Shown: positions 48,866 to 58,657 of the stretch, piece by piece
Layout of the letters: each line of letters begins with the position of its first letter
How positions within the stretch are numbered: position 1 is the first letter of the stretch
From: Flavobacterium sp.
GTDB taxonomy: Bacteria > Bacteroidota > Bacteroidia > Flavobacteriales > Flavobacteriaceae
Length of the DNA stretch: 64,000 nt
Assembly (NCBI GenBank): GCA_043731625.1
Contig: JAYTIV010000073.1
Span: 227-64,226 of the forward strand
Reading direction: 5' to 3'
The notes under the pieces: model-generated
The model's database searches: none
Seen by the model: only the letters and a program-made list of their open reading frames with translations
What the model was told of the DNA's origin: nothing
Position numbers and translations under genes: made by a program

Positions 48866-50017
48866 TTATTTGTTTGTCATCATTTTTTTTGATAAATTCA
48901 TTCCTGGTTTCTCAATAAATCTATAAGTTAAAGAACTTATAATGATTAGAAATGGAGTTAAAAAAAATATGGTAATACAATATTCTAAAGGTGTTAAATA
49001 GGCTACTTTTTTGAAACCAAATCCAAAATACATGACTATAAATATTAAAATTCCATGAATTAAATAAGTACTATATGATATCTCACCTAAAAACTTTAAA
49101 ATCGAACTTTTAAGAATTCCAAATATACTATTACCTAAAGCAATTAAGTTAAAAACAATTGCAATCAAAAGTTTACAAAGAGGATTTGTTGAAGACTCGA
49201 AAACTAATATTGAAAAAAAACAAATCAATACTATAAATGTAATGAAAATTGAATTATAATTGACTTTTTTTGGCCCATATTTGATAATAAAAGGAGCAAT
49301 TGCTCCGCCTAAAAACGATAAAACATGCTCTAAATAAAATTCTCTAAACGTATAAAAAATGATAATAAAAAGGATACTAAATACTAAATAGATATAGGAA
49401 GGTTTTTTCTTTAAAATAAATAATGCAAATAATGGTAGTGTAAAATAAAATAGCCATTCATAGGGTAATGACCATACTACACCTGCATTGATAATGTTAG
49501 TTATTTCTAATCCATTAATTTTTGGACAACTAATAACAGTAAAAGTACCCCAATAAAATAATTGCCGAATAAATGCAAAAATACCAATATTTAATTTCCA
49601 GTTACTAATAATCATAACAATTACTATCAATACAGAAATAGAAACTAAATACATAGGAACTATTCTGAAAATTCTTGAAATATAAAGTGAGTTCCAATCA
49701 AATTTTTTATCTCCATTGTTTATTAATTTTGTGATAAATAAAAAGGCAGTTATCATAAAAAAAAAAGAAACACTCGTTTGACCAAAATGACCATATAAAT
49801 ATGATTTTGGTGACTCCCAACTATTAATTTGCAAATACTGATGCCAAATTGAGGCGTGGTGAATAAAAACACCTAATGCTAGAAATCCTCTTAAACCATC
49901 TATGTTTTCGTATCGAATATTGGTATTTGCAATTTTATATTTTAAACTTATTAAATAGGCAGTAAAAAAAGCAATTCCATAGATAATTATGGCAAAAAAT
50001 GGGTTTAAAGGATTCAT
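48866..50017 (-). CDS. Acyltransferase-3 (OafA-like) family protein
   Basis: IDGLRG, FFMITAF, RIFRIVP, WSLPYE, GEISYSTYLIH, IEKP. Confidence 0.9.
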   Translation of the reverse strand: MNPLNPFFAIIIYGIAFFTAYLISLKYKIANTNIRYENIDGLRGFLALGVFIHHASIWHQYLQINSWESPKSYLYGHFGQTSVSFFFMITAFLFITKLINNGDKKFDWNSLYISRIFRIVPMYLVSISVLIVIVMIISNWKLNIGIFAFIRQLFYWGTFTVISCPKINGLEITNIINAGVVWSLPYEWLFYFTLPLFALFILKKKPSYIYLVFSILFIIIFYTFREFYLEHVLSFLGGAIAPFIIKYGPKKVNYNSIFITFIVLICFFSILVFESSTNPLCKLLIAIVFNLIALGNSIFGILKSSILKFLGEISYSTYLIHGILIFIVMYFGFGFKKVAYLTPLEYCITIFFLTPFLIIISSLTYRFIEKPGMNLSKKMMTNK

Positions 50018-50151
50018 TTTTTATTATTTAATAATTTTAAAAATCCAAATGTAGTAAACTATTTTTAAAATGTAGTATTCATAATTTTTTTGCCTATTTA
50101 CTATATTATTAATTAAAATACAATTAACTTAATAAATTGATATTTAATTCA

Positions 50152-52668
50152 TTAATAATCAAAAATATGTTCAATAGTTTCATTTTTTGAATTGGTATTT
50201 TTAATAAAAGGCAATAGTTTGTTGACATTTAAAATATAAACATCTCGTATTTGTTTATCGTTTGAAACAATATTAGATTGATATAATAAACCTTGCTCAT
50301 TATATATAATCTGATTTTCTTTATTTTTAATCACCGAAATAACAATTTCATCATTACCAGATATTTCATATATAGTGATATTTTGAGAAGCTAATTTTTT
50401 TAAAACCTCTGTAAAAACTCCCCATCTTGTGATTGAAATAATCATTTTATTGGAATCTTCTTTTAGAATTTTTATGTCTTTATTCTTTTTTAAAATTGGA
50501 TTATTTGATACTATTAAAAATATAGATGTTTCAGGTTTTTCGTATGATGCATTAGCTGCACACTGAATCATTTGAGCATAAAAGGCTTTAAAAGAATATT
50601 CGAAAGTAAAAAATAGCGTTCTTTCCCATTTTCTGATAGTGCTGCAATTATTATCATTTTTGGTGTTCCAAACTTTACTTATCCAAGGTAAAAACTTAAA
50701 TTCATACCATGCTTTTTGATAAATAAAATTACTATAATCTCTTTGTGCGGCAATTATTACTTTTTCATTTTTTGATATTTCTTTTTCTGTTAGAAATGAA
50801 AAAAGTCTACCCATAGTATTTTCATATACCATCTTAAAACCATATTCCATAGTAAGGCTAACTCCTATAACTTGAAGCATTATTTTATATTCATTGTTTT
50901 CAGGATAAGCATTGGAAACTAATTTTAATGATCGATCATACAATTTCCAAAATTCATCAATTGATTGATAGAATGGGAAGTCTGAAGGATTTTTACCACT
51001 TTCCAGAAAATCAGCATATTCTTTTGGATTAAAAACCAAATACCATTCTGGAACGGTAAGTATTGTTTGCTCTTCTGCTCTATAATATCCCTTTATATCA
51101 TTTTTATAATGCATTAATTTATCTAAGCTATAGGGATTGTATTTGTCTAATAATTTATTAGTAAATCGTTGTTTTGGATCTAATTTGTTTTTTAAATCAA
51201 AATAATACTTACTTTTTGGATACCCTTTTTCAAATTGCTCGATGGATGCATGTGTTTGATAGGGAAGGTACCAAGTACCATGTTCACTCAAAATGGCATT
51301 TGTCATGGCTACTGTCCAATTTTTCACACCATCCTTTGCAATTTTATCTGTCTTTTGCTTATAATAAACTACAAATGCAAATACTTCTTTATTTGCCCAG
51401 GATAGATAACTTTCGTTATCTGGTAATGCATGACGAAGCGAAACATTCATAACATTTACGTTATACTTTTGAAAAATATCTTTCATTTTTGGGATAAATG
51501 TATTGATATTTTCAACTGGTATAAAATACTCTTCTAATACATAGGTTTCTTCCTCACGTGAAGTAGGCTCTAGTTCTTTTACATCATAACTTGCTTCTTT
51601 ATTCCTCCATCTTACTATTTCAGAACTAAAAAAAATGGGGTCAATAATATTCTTTCGAATCCATTTTCCAGAATTTCCCCAAGATACTAATGTAGCTAAG
51701 TTAGCTTCTAACCAATACTTTTCGTTTTCTGGTTGTAATCTATCTAAATCTGTTAATTCTTTTGATGATTTTTTCCAAAAAACACTTCTAATTCTATCAT
51801 AATTAGGCGGATAGAGATCTCCATTTTGAAACACAACATCTTTATTATTTCTAATGTTTTTATTAAAATAAGAATTGTAATCTTCTATATTTAATACCGT
51901 ATTTGCTCTTTCTACTTTTGTGTTTTCTGTCAGTTGAAGTGTCGCTTCTGCAATTACACCAATTCCACCATAACCTCCAATTGCTGCCCTAAAAATCTCT
52001 TGATTTTTCTCACGAGAAGCATCTATTATTTCTCCTGAAGCAGTAATGATTTTTAAAGCAATAACAGATGAAATTATAGGTCCATGACCAATATAACGTC
52101 CATGGCAATTAACTGATATTGCACCGCCAACTGTAAAGTTAGAATACGTTTGCATAATTTTTATTGACAAATTATGAGGGTCAATTATTTTTTGTAAATC
52201 ACGCCATCTTATTCCAGCTTGAACGGTTACTTGTTTTTTTACTGTATCTAATTTGATAACTTGATTAAAAGATCTCATGTCAATATGCAAACTGTTTTCA
52301 AATGCAGTTTGTCCACCCATACTATATTTTCCACCACCTATAGAAATTGGTCCCGTTGTTGTTTGAATTGCTACAACAATTTCATTAATAGTTTTGGGTT
52401 TAATGATTTTATTAACCTGAATTGGATTGAGTTGTGTAATATCATTAATGTATTTATTCTGAAGTGATTTATTGTAGTTTTTATCTCCTGAAAGCAAAAT
52501 TAAAACAATGATATATATTGCAAATAACAGCAACCCATAAAACAGAATTGCATATCGTTTCTTGCTATTAATTCTATGAAATACTTTTTTTGAGATTCTA
52601 AAAATTAATTGAAAAATTTTAATAATAAAGTTTAAAAGTGATTTTATAAAACGGAGTATTTTATTCAT
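50152..52668 (-). CDS. Membrane-anchored FAD-binding oxidoreductase (VAO/DprE1-like) fused to an unassigned C-terminal domain
   Basis: GGGKYSMGGQ, TVGGAISVNCHG, IGGYGGIG, YLPYQ, LDP..RF.N; about 300 extra aa beginning near EQTILTVPEW. Confidence 0.8.
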   Translation of the reverse strand: MNKILRFIKSLLNFIIKIFQLIFRISKKVFHRINSKKRYAILFYGLLLFAIYIIVLILLSGDKNYNKSLQNKYINDITQLNPIQVNKIIKPKTINEIVVAIQTTTGPISIGGGKYSMGGQTAFENSLHIDMRSFNQVIKLDTVKKQVTVQAGIRWRDLQKIIDPHNLSIKIMQTYSNFTVGGAISVNCHGRYIGHGPIISSVIALKIITASGEIIDASREKNQEIFRAAIGGYGGIGVIAEATLQLTENTKVERANTVLNIEDYNSYFNKNIRNNKDVVFQNGDLYPPNYDRIRSVFWKKSSKELTDLDRLQPENEKYWLEANLATLVSWGNSGKWIRKNIIDPIFFSSEIVRWRNKEASYDVKELEPTSREEETYVLEEYFIPVENINTFIPKMKDIFQKYNVNVMNVSLRHALPDNESYLSWANKEVFAFVVYYKQKTDKIAKDGVKNWTVAMTNAILSEHGTWYLPYQTHASIEQFEKGYPKSKYYFDLKNKLDPKQRFTNKLLDKYNPYSLDKLMHYKNDIKGYYRAEEQTILTVPEWYLVFNPKEYADFLESGKNPSDFPFYQSIDEFWKLYDRSLKLVSNAYPENNEYKIMLQVIGVSLTMEYGFKMVYENTMGRLFSFLTEKEISKNEKVIIAAQRDYSNFIYQKAWYEFKFLPWISKVWNTKNDNNCSTIRKWERTLFFTFEYSFKAFYAQMIQCAANASYEKPETSIFLIVSNNPILKKNKDIKILKEDSNKMIISITRWGVFTEVLKKLASQNITIYEISGNDEIVISVIKNKENQIIYNEQGLLYQSNIVSNDKQIRDVYILNVNKLLPFIKNTNSKNETIEHIFDY

Positions 52669-52681
52669 GAAAATAATTAAA

Positions 52682-53623
52682 TTATATTTTTGTAAAAACC
52701 ATCAAAGCATTTTTTGTTGGGTCACCGTCTTGAAAAAGTGTTTTTTTATTGAATTTGAATCCGATTTTTTCTACAAAGTCACAAATAAAATCTAAAGCAT
52801 AAAAATTACGAATCTCTTTATTATTATATTCCCATGATTGATTTGTACCCATATTAAAGACATCATGAGCCAAAGCTACTAGCGTTTTTTGTTCTTCGGT
52901 ATTACAATCATGATCTCTCAATATTAGTTTTCCACCAACTCTCATCGTGTCTCTTATAGAGGAAATAAAAGGTATACGCAAGTCTAATGGACAGTGATGA
53001 AAACCAATATAAATAGTTACCAAATCTAAACTTTTTGCAGGAATGCTATCAGAATATCTTGTTGCATAATTAGCTAAAGGAATGTAGGTTGCTCCTTTAC
53101 TAATTTGGCCTCTATCAATCATTTCTGTGACAGAATAGCCTGGTTCTTTACCATCTGCATAGTATCTTTTTCCTTTTATATTTACTTTTTCTTCAAGATA
53201 ATCTAAATATCTGCCAGAAGAACCAATTTCTAAATATCCATAATATGTTGTTCCTTCTCCTAAAAGTTGTAGGGTTTCTTTTGCCATTTCATCTTTCTGG
53301 TTTTGTAAAGCAGGCAATTGATATCTAAGGCTAGATAGAGTAGGCGTTATAGCATCTAATTTTGATTGTGCTTCTCTATATATTTCTTGATCATTATTTT
53401 TTTGAATAGTAGTATCATTTATGAGTTTATGAAACTGGCTTTCAGGATAAACATTAAAAACATGTTTTAAAAATTTATAAAACTCATTTTTAAGTTTCTG
53501 ATTGTTATAAATAAATTTGAAATTACTTTTAGTAGCATTATAAGAATGAAACAAATTAATAGAAAACATTTGAGTAGAAACTAAAAATAAAAATGATGAC
53601 TTAATAAAATTTCTTCTTCTCAT
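52682..53623 (-). CDS. Class I SAM-dependent methyltransferase with twin-arginine-like N-terminus
   Basis: YLEIGSSG, GFHH, GGKLILRDHD; MRRRNFIK start. Confidence 0.75.
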   Translation of the reverse strand: MRRRNFIKSSFLFLVSTQMFSINLFHSYNATKSNFKFIYNNQKLKNEFYKFLKHVFNVYPESQFHKLINDTTIQKNNDQEIYREAQSKLDAITPTLSSLRYQLPALQNQKDEMAKETLQLLGEGTTYYGYLEIGSSGRYLDYLEEKVNIKGKRYYADGKEPGYSVTEMIDRGQISKGATYIPLANYATRYSDSIPAKSLDLVTIYIGFHHCPLDLRIPFISSIRDTMRVGGKLILRDHDCNTEEQKTLVALAHDVFNMGTNQSWEYNNKEIRNFYALDFICDFVEKIGFKFNKKTLFQDGDPTKNALMVFTKI

Positions 53624-53722
53624 ATAATTAATTTATTTATGTTTTTTAGTTTTGTAAACATAATTAAAAAATATGCGTTTTCAAATTAGGACTATTTAAA
53701 GTTAATTTCTAATCCTAAAATA

Positions 53723-54088
53723 TTATTTTGTAAACGCACCAAAATGCCATAATATGCCCGATGGGTCGTGAACAAAAAATTCTTTTCCCCAATCTAAAGT
53801 AACAATTGGAACTAGTTTTACATTTTCGTATTTTGAAGTTAGGTTCAAAGCAAGAAGTTGGTTCCAAAATAGATTTACATCTACAACTTCCATAAAAACC
53901 ATCGTATTGTCTACCCAATCTTGTACATAAGCTTTTTGCAAATAAAAACCCAATTCTTCATAACAAAAATAACTCATTGTATCAGAAATTACATTTTCCT
54001 GAAACCCAAGGTCACGATAAAAAGCACGTGAAACCTCATAGTTTTTAGCTCCTAAAAAGGGTCTAATTGATTTTGCTTGATGGTGCAT
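53723..54088 (-). CDS. Glyoxalase/bleomycin-resistance (VOC) protein
   Basis: SRAFYRDLGF, WGKEFFVHDPSG. Confidence 0.85.
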   Translation of the reverse strand: MHHQAKSIRPFLGAKNYEVSRAFYRDLGFQENVISDTMSYFCYEELGFYLQKAYVQDWVDNTMVFMEVVDVNLFWNQLLALNLTSKYENVKLVPIVTLDWGKEFFVHDPSGILWHFGAFTK

Positions 54089-54196
54089 TTTTTTAAATTT
54101 GTTTTTATCAAAAGTATAAACATCATTTTGATTTTTAGGCTAATATTGACAATTTGATATAATAATATTTATATAGAATTTATTAAGTACCTAATT

Positions 54197-54760
54197 TCAC
54201 ACTCGCAAACAACCACGAAATCCTCTCGCTGCATAATAGGAACCAGCACCATTATGATATACAAAAACCGTATCATAGCGATAATCCGCAAAAATGGCTC
54301 CTCCCAATTTTCTAATAGTAGGTGGTGTTTGTATCCAACTGGATGTTTTAGTATCCAATTTTCCAAATTGTTGTAAGTTTCTATATTCTTCTTCTGTTAA
54401 TAGTGCAATACCCATATTGGTTGCCATATCAACCGCTGTATTTTCTGGTTTAAATTCTTTTCGGGATTCTAAACCTTCGCGATCATAACATAAACTTCTG
54501 CGACCAGAGGGACTTTCTGGAGCACAATCAATAAACAGATACTCCTTGGTTTTTTTATCATAACCCACAGCATCCGGTTCACCACCCGTTCTTTCCATTT
54601 CAAGCAACGACCACAATTTATTTGGATGGGCTTCAAGTTTTTCTTGAATAGCAAGCCATTTTAAATCCTGATGTCTGTTTAAGTTTTTATCAAAACGCGT
54701 TTTTAATATGCTTAAAAGATTTTCTTGTTCTTCTCTATTAATTTCTTTATTATTTTTCAT
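54197..54760 (-). CDS. DUF4256 family protein
   Basis: MERTGGEPD, ESPSGRRSLCYD, DTKTSSW, YHNGAGSYYAARGFRG. Confidence 0.85.
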   Translation of the reverse strand: MKNNKEINREEQENLLSILKTRFDKNLNRHQDLKWLAIQEKLEAHPNKLWSLLEMERTGGEPDAVGYDKKTKEYLFIDCAPESPSGRRSLCYDREGLESRKEFKPENTAVDMATNMGIALLTEEEYRNLQQFGKLDTKTSSWIQTPPTIRKLGGAIFADYRYDTVFVYHNGAGSYYAARGFRGCLRV

Positions 54761-54871
54761 TCTAATGAAAAGTAGTATTGCAATTTTATATTATTATTAT
54801 AATGGTAATTAATAGATGCTCTTTATTCAACTAAAATAAAACTATCTTAAAAAAGAATTGTAAAAGTAATA

Positions 54872-55933
54872 CTAGGCTATTGTTACTTCTTTGGCCAAAT
54901 AGATTTCCTGCACCGCTTGAATGATCTGAACGCCATCATCAAAAGGACGTTGAAATGCTTTTCTACCCATTATCATTCCTGCACCACCAGCTCTTTTATT
55001 GATTACTGCTGTTCGTATAGCATCAGCCAAATCGGTACTGCCTTTTGATTCTCCTCCAGAATTGATCAAGCCAATACGTCCAGCATAACAATTAAGTACT
55101 TGATAGCGACATAAATCTATGGGATGATTACTTGTCAATTGGGTGTACATGGCAGGATTGCTCTTTGCAAATTTTATGGTTGTAAAACCACCATTGTTTG
55201 TTGGTAATTTTTGTTTGATAATATCTGCCTGAATAGATACTCCCAAATAATTGGCTTGACCCGTTATGTCTGCAGCTGTATTATAATCTATTCCATCTTT
55301 TATAAAGGCATCGTTTCTAGAATAACACCATAGGATGGTAGCCATCCCTAAATTATGTGCTTCTTCAAAAGCATGGGCTATTTCTATAATTTGTCGGTCT
55401 GAGGCTTCCGAACCAAAATAAACTGTAGCTCCTATAGCAACTGCACCCATATTCCAAGCATCACGAACACTACCAAACATGATTTGATCAAATTTGTTGG
55501 GATAGGTCAATAACTCGTTGTGATTGATTTTTACCACAAAGGGAATTTTGTGTGCATATTTTCTAGACAACATTGCCAAGCCACCCATTGTAGATGCTAC
55601 GGCATTGCAACCTGCTTCTAAAGCAAGTTTTACTATATTTTCAGGATCAAAATAGATTGGATTAGGTGCAAACGAACTCCCAGCTGTATGCTCTATGCCT
55701 TGGTCTACAGGCAAAATAGAGAGATATCCCGTACCTGACAATCGCCCATTTTGATACAATTGTGTCAAACTTCGGATGGTTTGTGCAGAGCGATTGCTTT
55801 GCAGAAAATGAGTATCAATGTGAGTAGGAGTAGGTGTCTGGATTTGATCTTTGTGAATAGTAGTACAAACGTGTGACAATAAGGTGTCTTTTTCTTTTTC
55901 TAAAAGGGCTAATAACTGTGTGATCTCTTTCAT
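54872..55933 (-). CDS. fbaB: Class I fructose-bisphosphate aldolase (FbaB/DhnA type)
   Basis: [30 protein letters not shown]; start reassigned to MKEITQ. Confidence 0.92.
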   Translation of the reverse strand: MKEITQLLALLEKEKDTLLSHVCTTIHKDQIQTPTPTHIDTHFLQSNRSAQTIRSLTQLYQNGRLSGTGYLSILPVDQGIEHTAGSSFAPNPIYFDPENIVKLALEAGCNAVASTMGGLAMLSRKYAHKIPFVVKINHNELLTYPNKFDQIMFGSVRDAWNMGAVAIGATVYFGSEASDRQIIEIAHAFEEAHNLGMATILWCYSRNDAFIKDGIDYNTAADITGQANYLGVSIQADIIKQKLPTNNGGFTTIKFAKSNPAMYTQLTSNHPIDLCRYQVLNCYAGRIGLINSGGESKGSTDLADAIRTAVINKRAGGAGMIMGRKAFQRPFDDGVQIIQAVQEIYLAKEVTIA

Positions 55934-56149
55934 CTTTTGTAAGTTTTTAATTTGTTCTCTTTTAAAAGGTAGCTGTTTTACAACATAACTTAAGTACCCT
56001 CTCAAATTTACAAAAAAAACTTGATTCTTTATCCTAATTCTTTATATAATAAGCCTTTGCATTATTATATCTATCTCTATCACATAACCTATTTGTAGTT
56101 GTACGACTATTTTTGTTTTAAAGAAAAAGAAAGGTAAAATTTATATTCT

Positions 56150-56215
56150 TTACATACACTACACATACACTCCACATACACTATCTATGGAGTATCTATG
56201 GAGTATCTATGGAGT
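56150..56215. repeat. Two abutting 11-bp tandem repeats
   Basis: (nnACATACACT)x3 at 56150-56182 followed by (ATCTATGGAGT)x3 at 56183-56215. Confidence 0.85.
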
Positions 56216-56348
56216 AGGTATGAATTAGGTCTGCTTTTTAAGAAACTTTTTATAGTGCTAACCATTCAAAAATATATTGTTGTAAAATAATCGGTGTTGT
56301 TTTTAAAAGGTCAACTTCTTTTTTGCAAACAAATAATCGGTTCCATAA

Positions 56349-57239
56349 TTAATATCTTCTAACGGGCAAAACTTGTTCTGGCATTGCTTTAGAATTTTCA
56401 TTAATAATTATCGTGAATGGATCGCTTAAAGTATTTGAAGTACAACGGGCAAAATCGGAATCTACTTGTGTAGAAGACCATGCGCTATAATGAATAGCAA
56501 TACCTGCTTTTCTTAATTCGGTACTCAATTGATATAATTCTTGTATTGAGGGAAGAAACCAATCGGAGTAGCCGTTTAGGGTAAGGTTATTACATAATTT
56601 AGCGGCACAATTGGCATTACTCGTTCCGTTTACTATAGCAAGGGTATTTTCTAACCCTTTTCCAAAATCGGGATAAGTACCTGAAATAAAAGTATTCATA
56701 GTTCCCCATTGGCTACCTAGACCTGCAGTACTGTAATTTAAAGTTGTTGGATGCATTTCCATATACCGCCAACCATCAGAAATTACTCCTTTGTCATACC
56801 CGACATATCCGCCAGCGGGTCCAAAATAACCTGTTGTCTTAAAAGCAACCTCATTAGAATACATATAGCTACCATCGGCTTTTTTTACAAATGCTTTGAT
56901 GTAATAGGTGGTGTTGGGTTGTAATGATAAGGGACTAAATTCAAATTGATTATTTCCAGTTCTATAATCACTCACGGTAAAGGTATTACTGTTGTCAACC
57001 ATTGGATTTTGTGCTGTTCCATAGACAAAACCAACTAATCTATATTTGTCGCTGTTTTGGGTAATCGTTCCATTAAATTTTGCCCAAGTAGGAAAAATAT
57101 CACGAACCGTATTTAATGCAATGACAATATTTTCTGTAGGTTCAATAATTGGTGGTGTCGGATTATCTCCGTTATCACTTGAACAAGAAAATAATGTTAT
57201 CAATACTGCAACCCACAAATAATAATTTTTAATTTTCAT
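56349..57239 (-). CDS. Lipoprotein with FN3-like and DUF1566-like domains
   Basis: LFSC lipobox; LQPNTTYYIKAF; GPAGG, G.GLENT, GYSDWFLPSIQEL, WSST. Confidence 0.75.
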   Translation of the reverse strand: MKIKNYYLWVAVLITLFSCSSDNGDNPTPPIIEPTENIVIALNTVRDIFPTWAKFNGTITQNSDKYRLVGFVYGTAQNPMVDNSNTFTVSDYRTGNNQFEFSPLSLQPNTTYYIKAFVKKADGSYMYSNEVAFKTTGYFGPAGGYVGYDKGVISDGWRYMEMHPTTLNYSTAGLGSQWGTMNTFISGTYPDFGKGLENTLAIVNGTSNANCAAKLCNNLTLNGYSDWFLPSIQELYQLSTELRKAGIAIHYSAWSSTQVDSDFARCTSNTLSDPFTIIINENSKAMPEQVLPVRRY

Positions 57240-57282
57240 AGTGCTTTTTTAGATTCCTTTTTATTGTCTGTTTCTTCAATGG

Positions 57283-57433
57283 AACGCCAAGTTTGCATCC
57301 CATGTTTTAGGCTAAAAGAAGTCAAGGATTTGTAAGCCCGAAACTTTTGATTAAGCTTTAAAAATCAAAAGTACAAAACAAATTTAAATTGTTCATAAAA
57401 ATCCACTAGCGTATAAAACAGGTCTTGGTTGTT
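57283..57433. repeat. Long imperfect palindrome, possibly a decayed attC-like site
   Basis: Nested arms AACGCCAAG/CTTGGTTGTT, TGTTTTA/TAAAACA, GGATTT/AAATCC, ACTTTTGATT/AATCAAAAGT. Confidence 0.5.
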
Positions 57434-57444
57434 GTTTACTATTT

Positions 57445-57744
57445 TTAGAGTAAAATAACCACCTCTATTTGTTTTTCTAATTCTATATTTTCTTTTTTTC
57501 TTACTTCGAGTTTCAGAGGTAATAAATAGGTTTCCTTTTTTGAATCAAACCAGATAGCAGTGTTCCATTCGGTTTTTCCAATTATGACGATGGCTTTCAA
57601 TCTTCCCCAACCTTCTTCTTCATATTTTAAGATACTTCTGATTTCTTTAGACATTTCTTTTGGAACTGTAATAAAATACCAACCACCTGGTGCCGAATGT
57701 TGCCCTACTTTTTCTGAAAACGCATATTTTATTTTGCCTTCCAA
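57445..57744 (-). CDS. DUF1905 family protein
   Basis: GGWYF, GWGRL, WNTAIW, YLLPLK..VRK; TTG start. Confidence 0.8.
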   Translation of the reverse strand: MEGKIKYAFSEKVGQHSAPGGWYFITVPKEMSKEIRSILKYEEEGWGRLKAIVIIGKTEWNTAIWFDSKKETYLLPLKLEVRKKENIELEKQIEVVILL

Positions 57745-58037
57745 TTCTTATGCTGATTTTATATGATTTATAGTTTTTTGCATTTATGAAGAAGTACCAT
57801 CCAATCATCAAGATCACATTCCTATTCAAACCGTTCTCAAAGTGGCGCAATCACGCCATAGGGTAGTGGTGTATCAAATATAAAACTTATTTTAACACCC
57901 TTTACAAAACCACATCAAAAAACCACTCCAACTATTTTTGCAAAAATCCCCATGGTTGGGGATTTTTTTTAATTTTTTTTTTTTTAGTTTTGACCCATTG
58001 CCGCTCTATATAGTTAGTAACCCAAATCCTAATTAGT

Positions 58038-58316
58038 ATGAAAAACAAGAAAGTGAACCAATTGGCGGTCAAGGTCGATACCTTGATGCAACTCCTAGCC
58101 ACACCAAACTCCAACACTCTCAACGAAGATTGGTTGGACAGTGCCGACATCAAACAGCAGTTTCATTTTAGCGACAGTAAGCTCTACCGCCTGCGCAAAG
58201 CCAATGCCATCCCACACCGGAAGTTGGGCGGTACCTATGTGTACCCCAAGTACTTTTTTACCAAAATCCTGATGGAAAGCATCCTCAAAGCGCAACACCG
58301 TACCCCACCACAATAA
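58038..58316 (+). CDS. Excisionase-like helix-turn-helix (MerR/HTH_17) protein
   Basis: WLDSADIKQQFHFSDSKLYRLRK...IPHRKLGG..VYPK; visibly GC-richer than flanks. Confidence 0.75.
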   Translation: MKNKKVNQLAVKVDTLMQLLATPNSNTLNEDWLDSADIKQQFHFSDSKLYRLRKANAIPHRKLGGTYVYPKYFFTKILMESILKAQHRTPPQ

Positions 58317-58657
58317 CCCGTGGTAGGTAGTGGCCAAAACCCCTATTCCTGCTGCTGCTTGCTCTCAAGCGGGTAGGAGGAAGCGGGGTTGTGGGGTTGG
58401 TGAAGGGAATACTATTGATAGGCACGGATTACAAATCTGCGCAGTCGGGTTTTGTGTTGGTGTCTTGCAATTTTGAAAGTTAGAGTTTTGAATTGGTTGA
58501 AATGTCTATTTCACCTAATGCAATAACATTGGTGTTTAGTAAATTTAGGTTTGAAACATTTTTATGTGACATACTTCTGATGTTGATTCCATAGTGCTTA
58601 AATTTAATTGTTAATGAAACAAAATTTATAAAATAAATAATTTTAGTTTAAATTATT

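Noticed and set aside
56150-56215. Possible CRISPR array
   Set aside because: Units are 11 bp, abut without spacers, and no cas genes are present
58422-58442. GGATTACAAATC resembles a tRNA anticodon arm
   Set aside because: No D arm, T arm or acceptor stem; treated as a short palindrome
58483-58575. 30-codon minus-strand ORF (MSHKNVSNL...)
   Set aside because: Too short and without a recognisable motif
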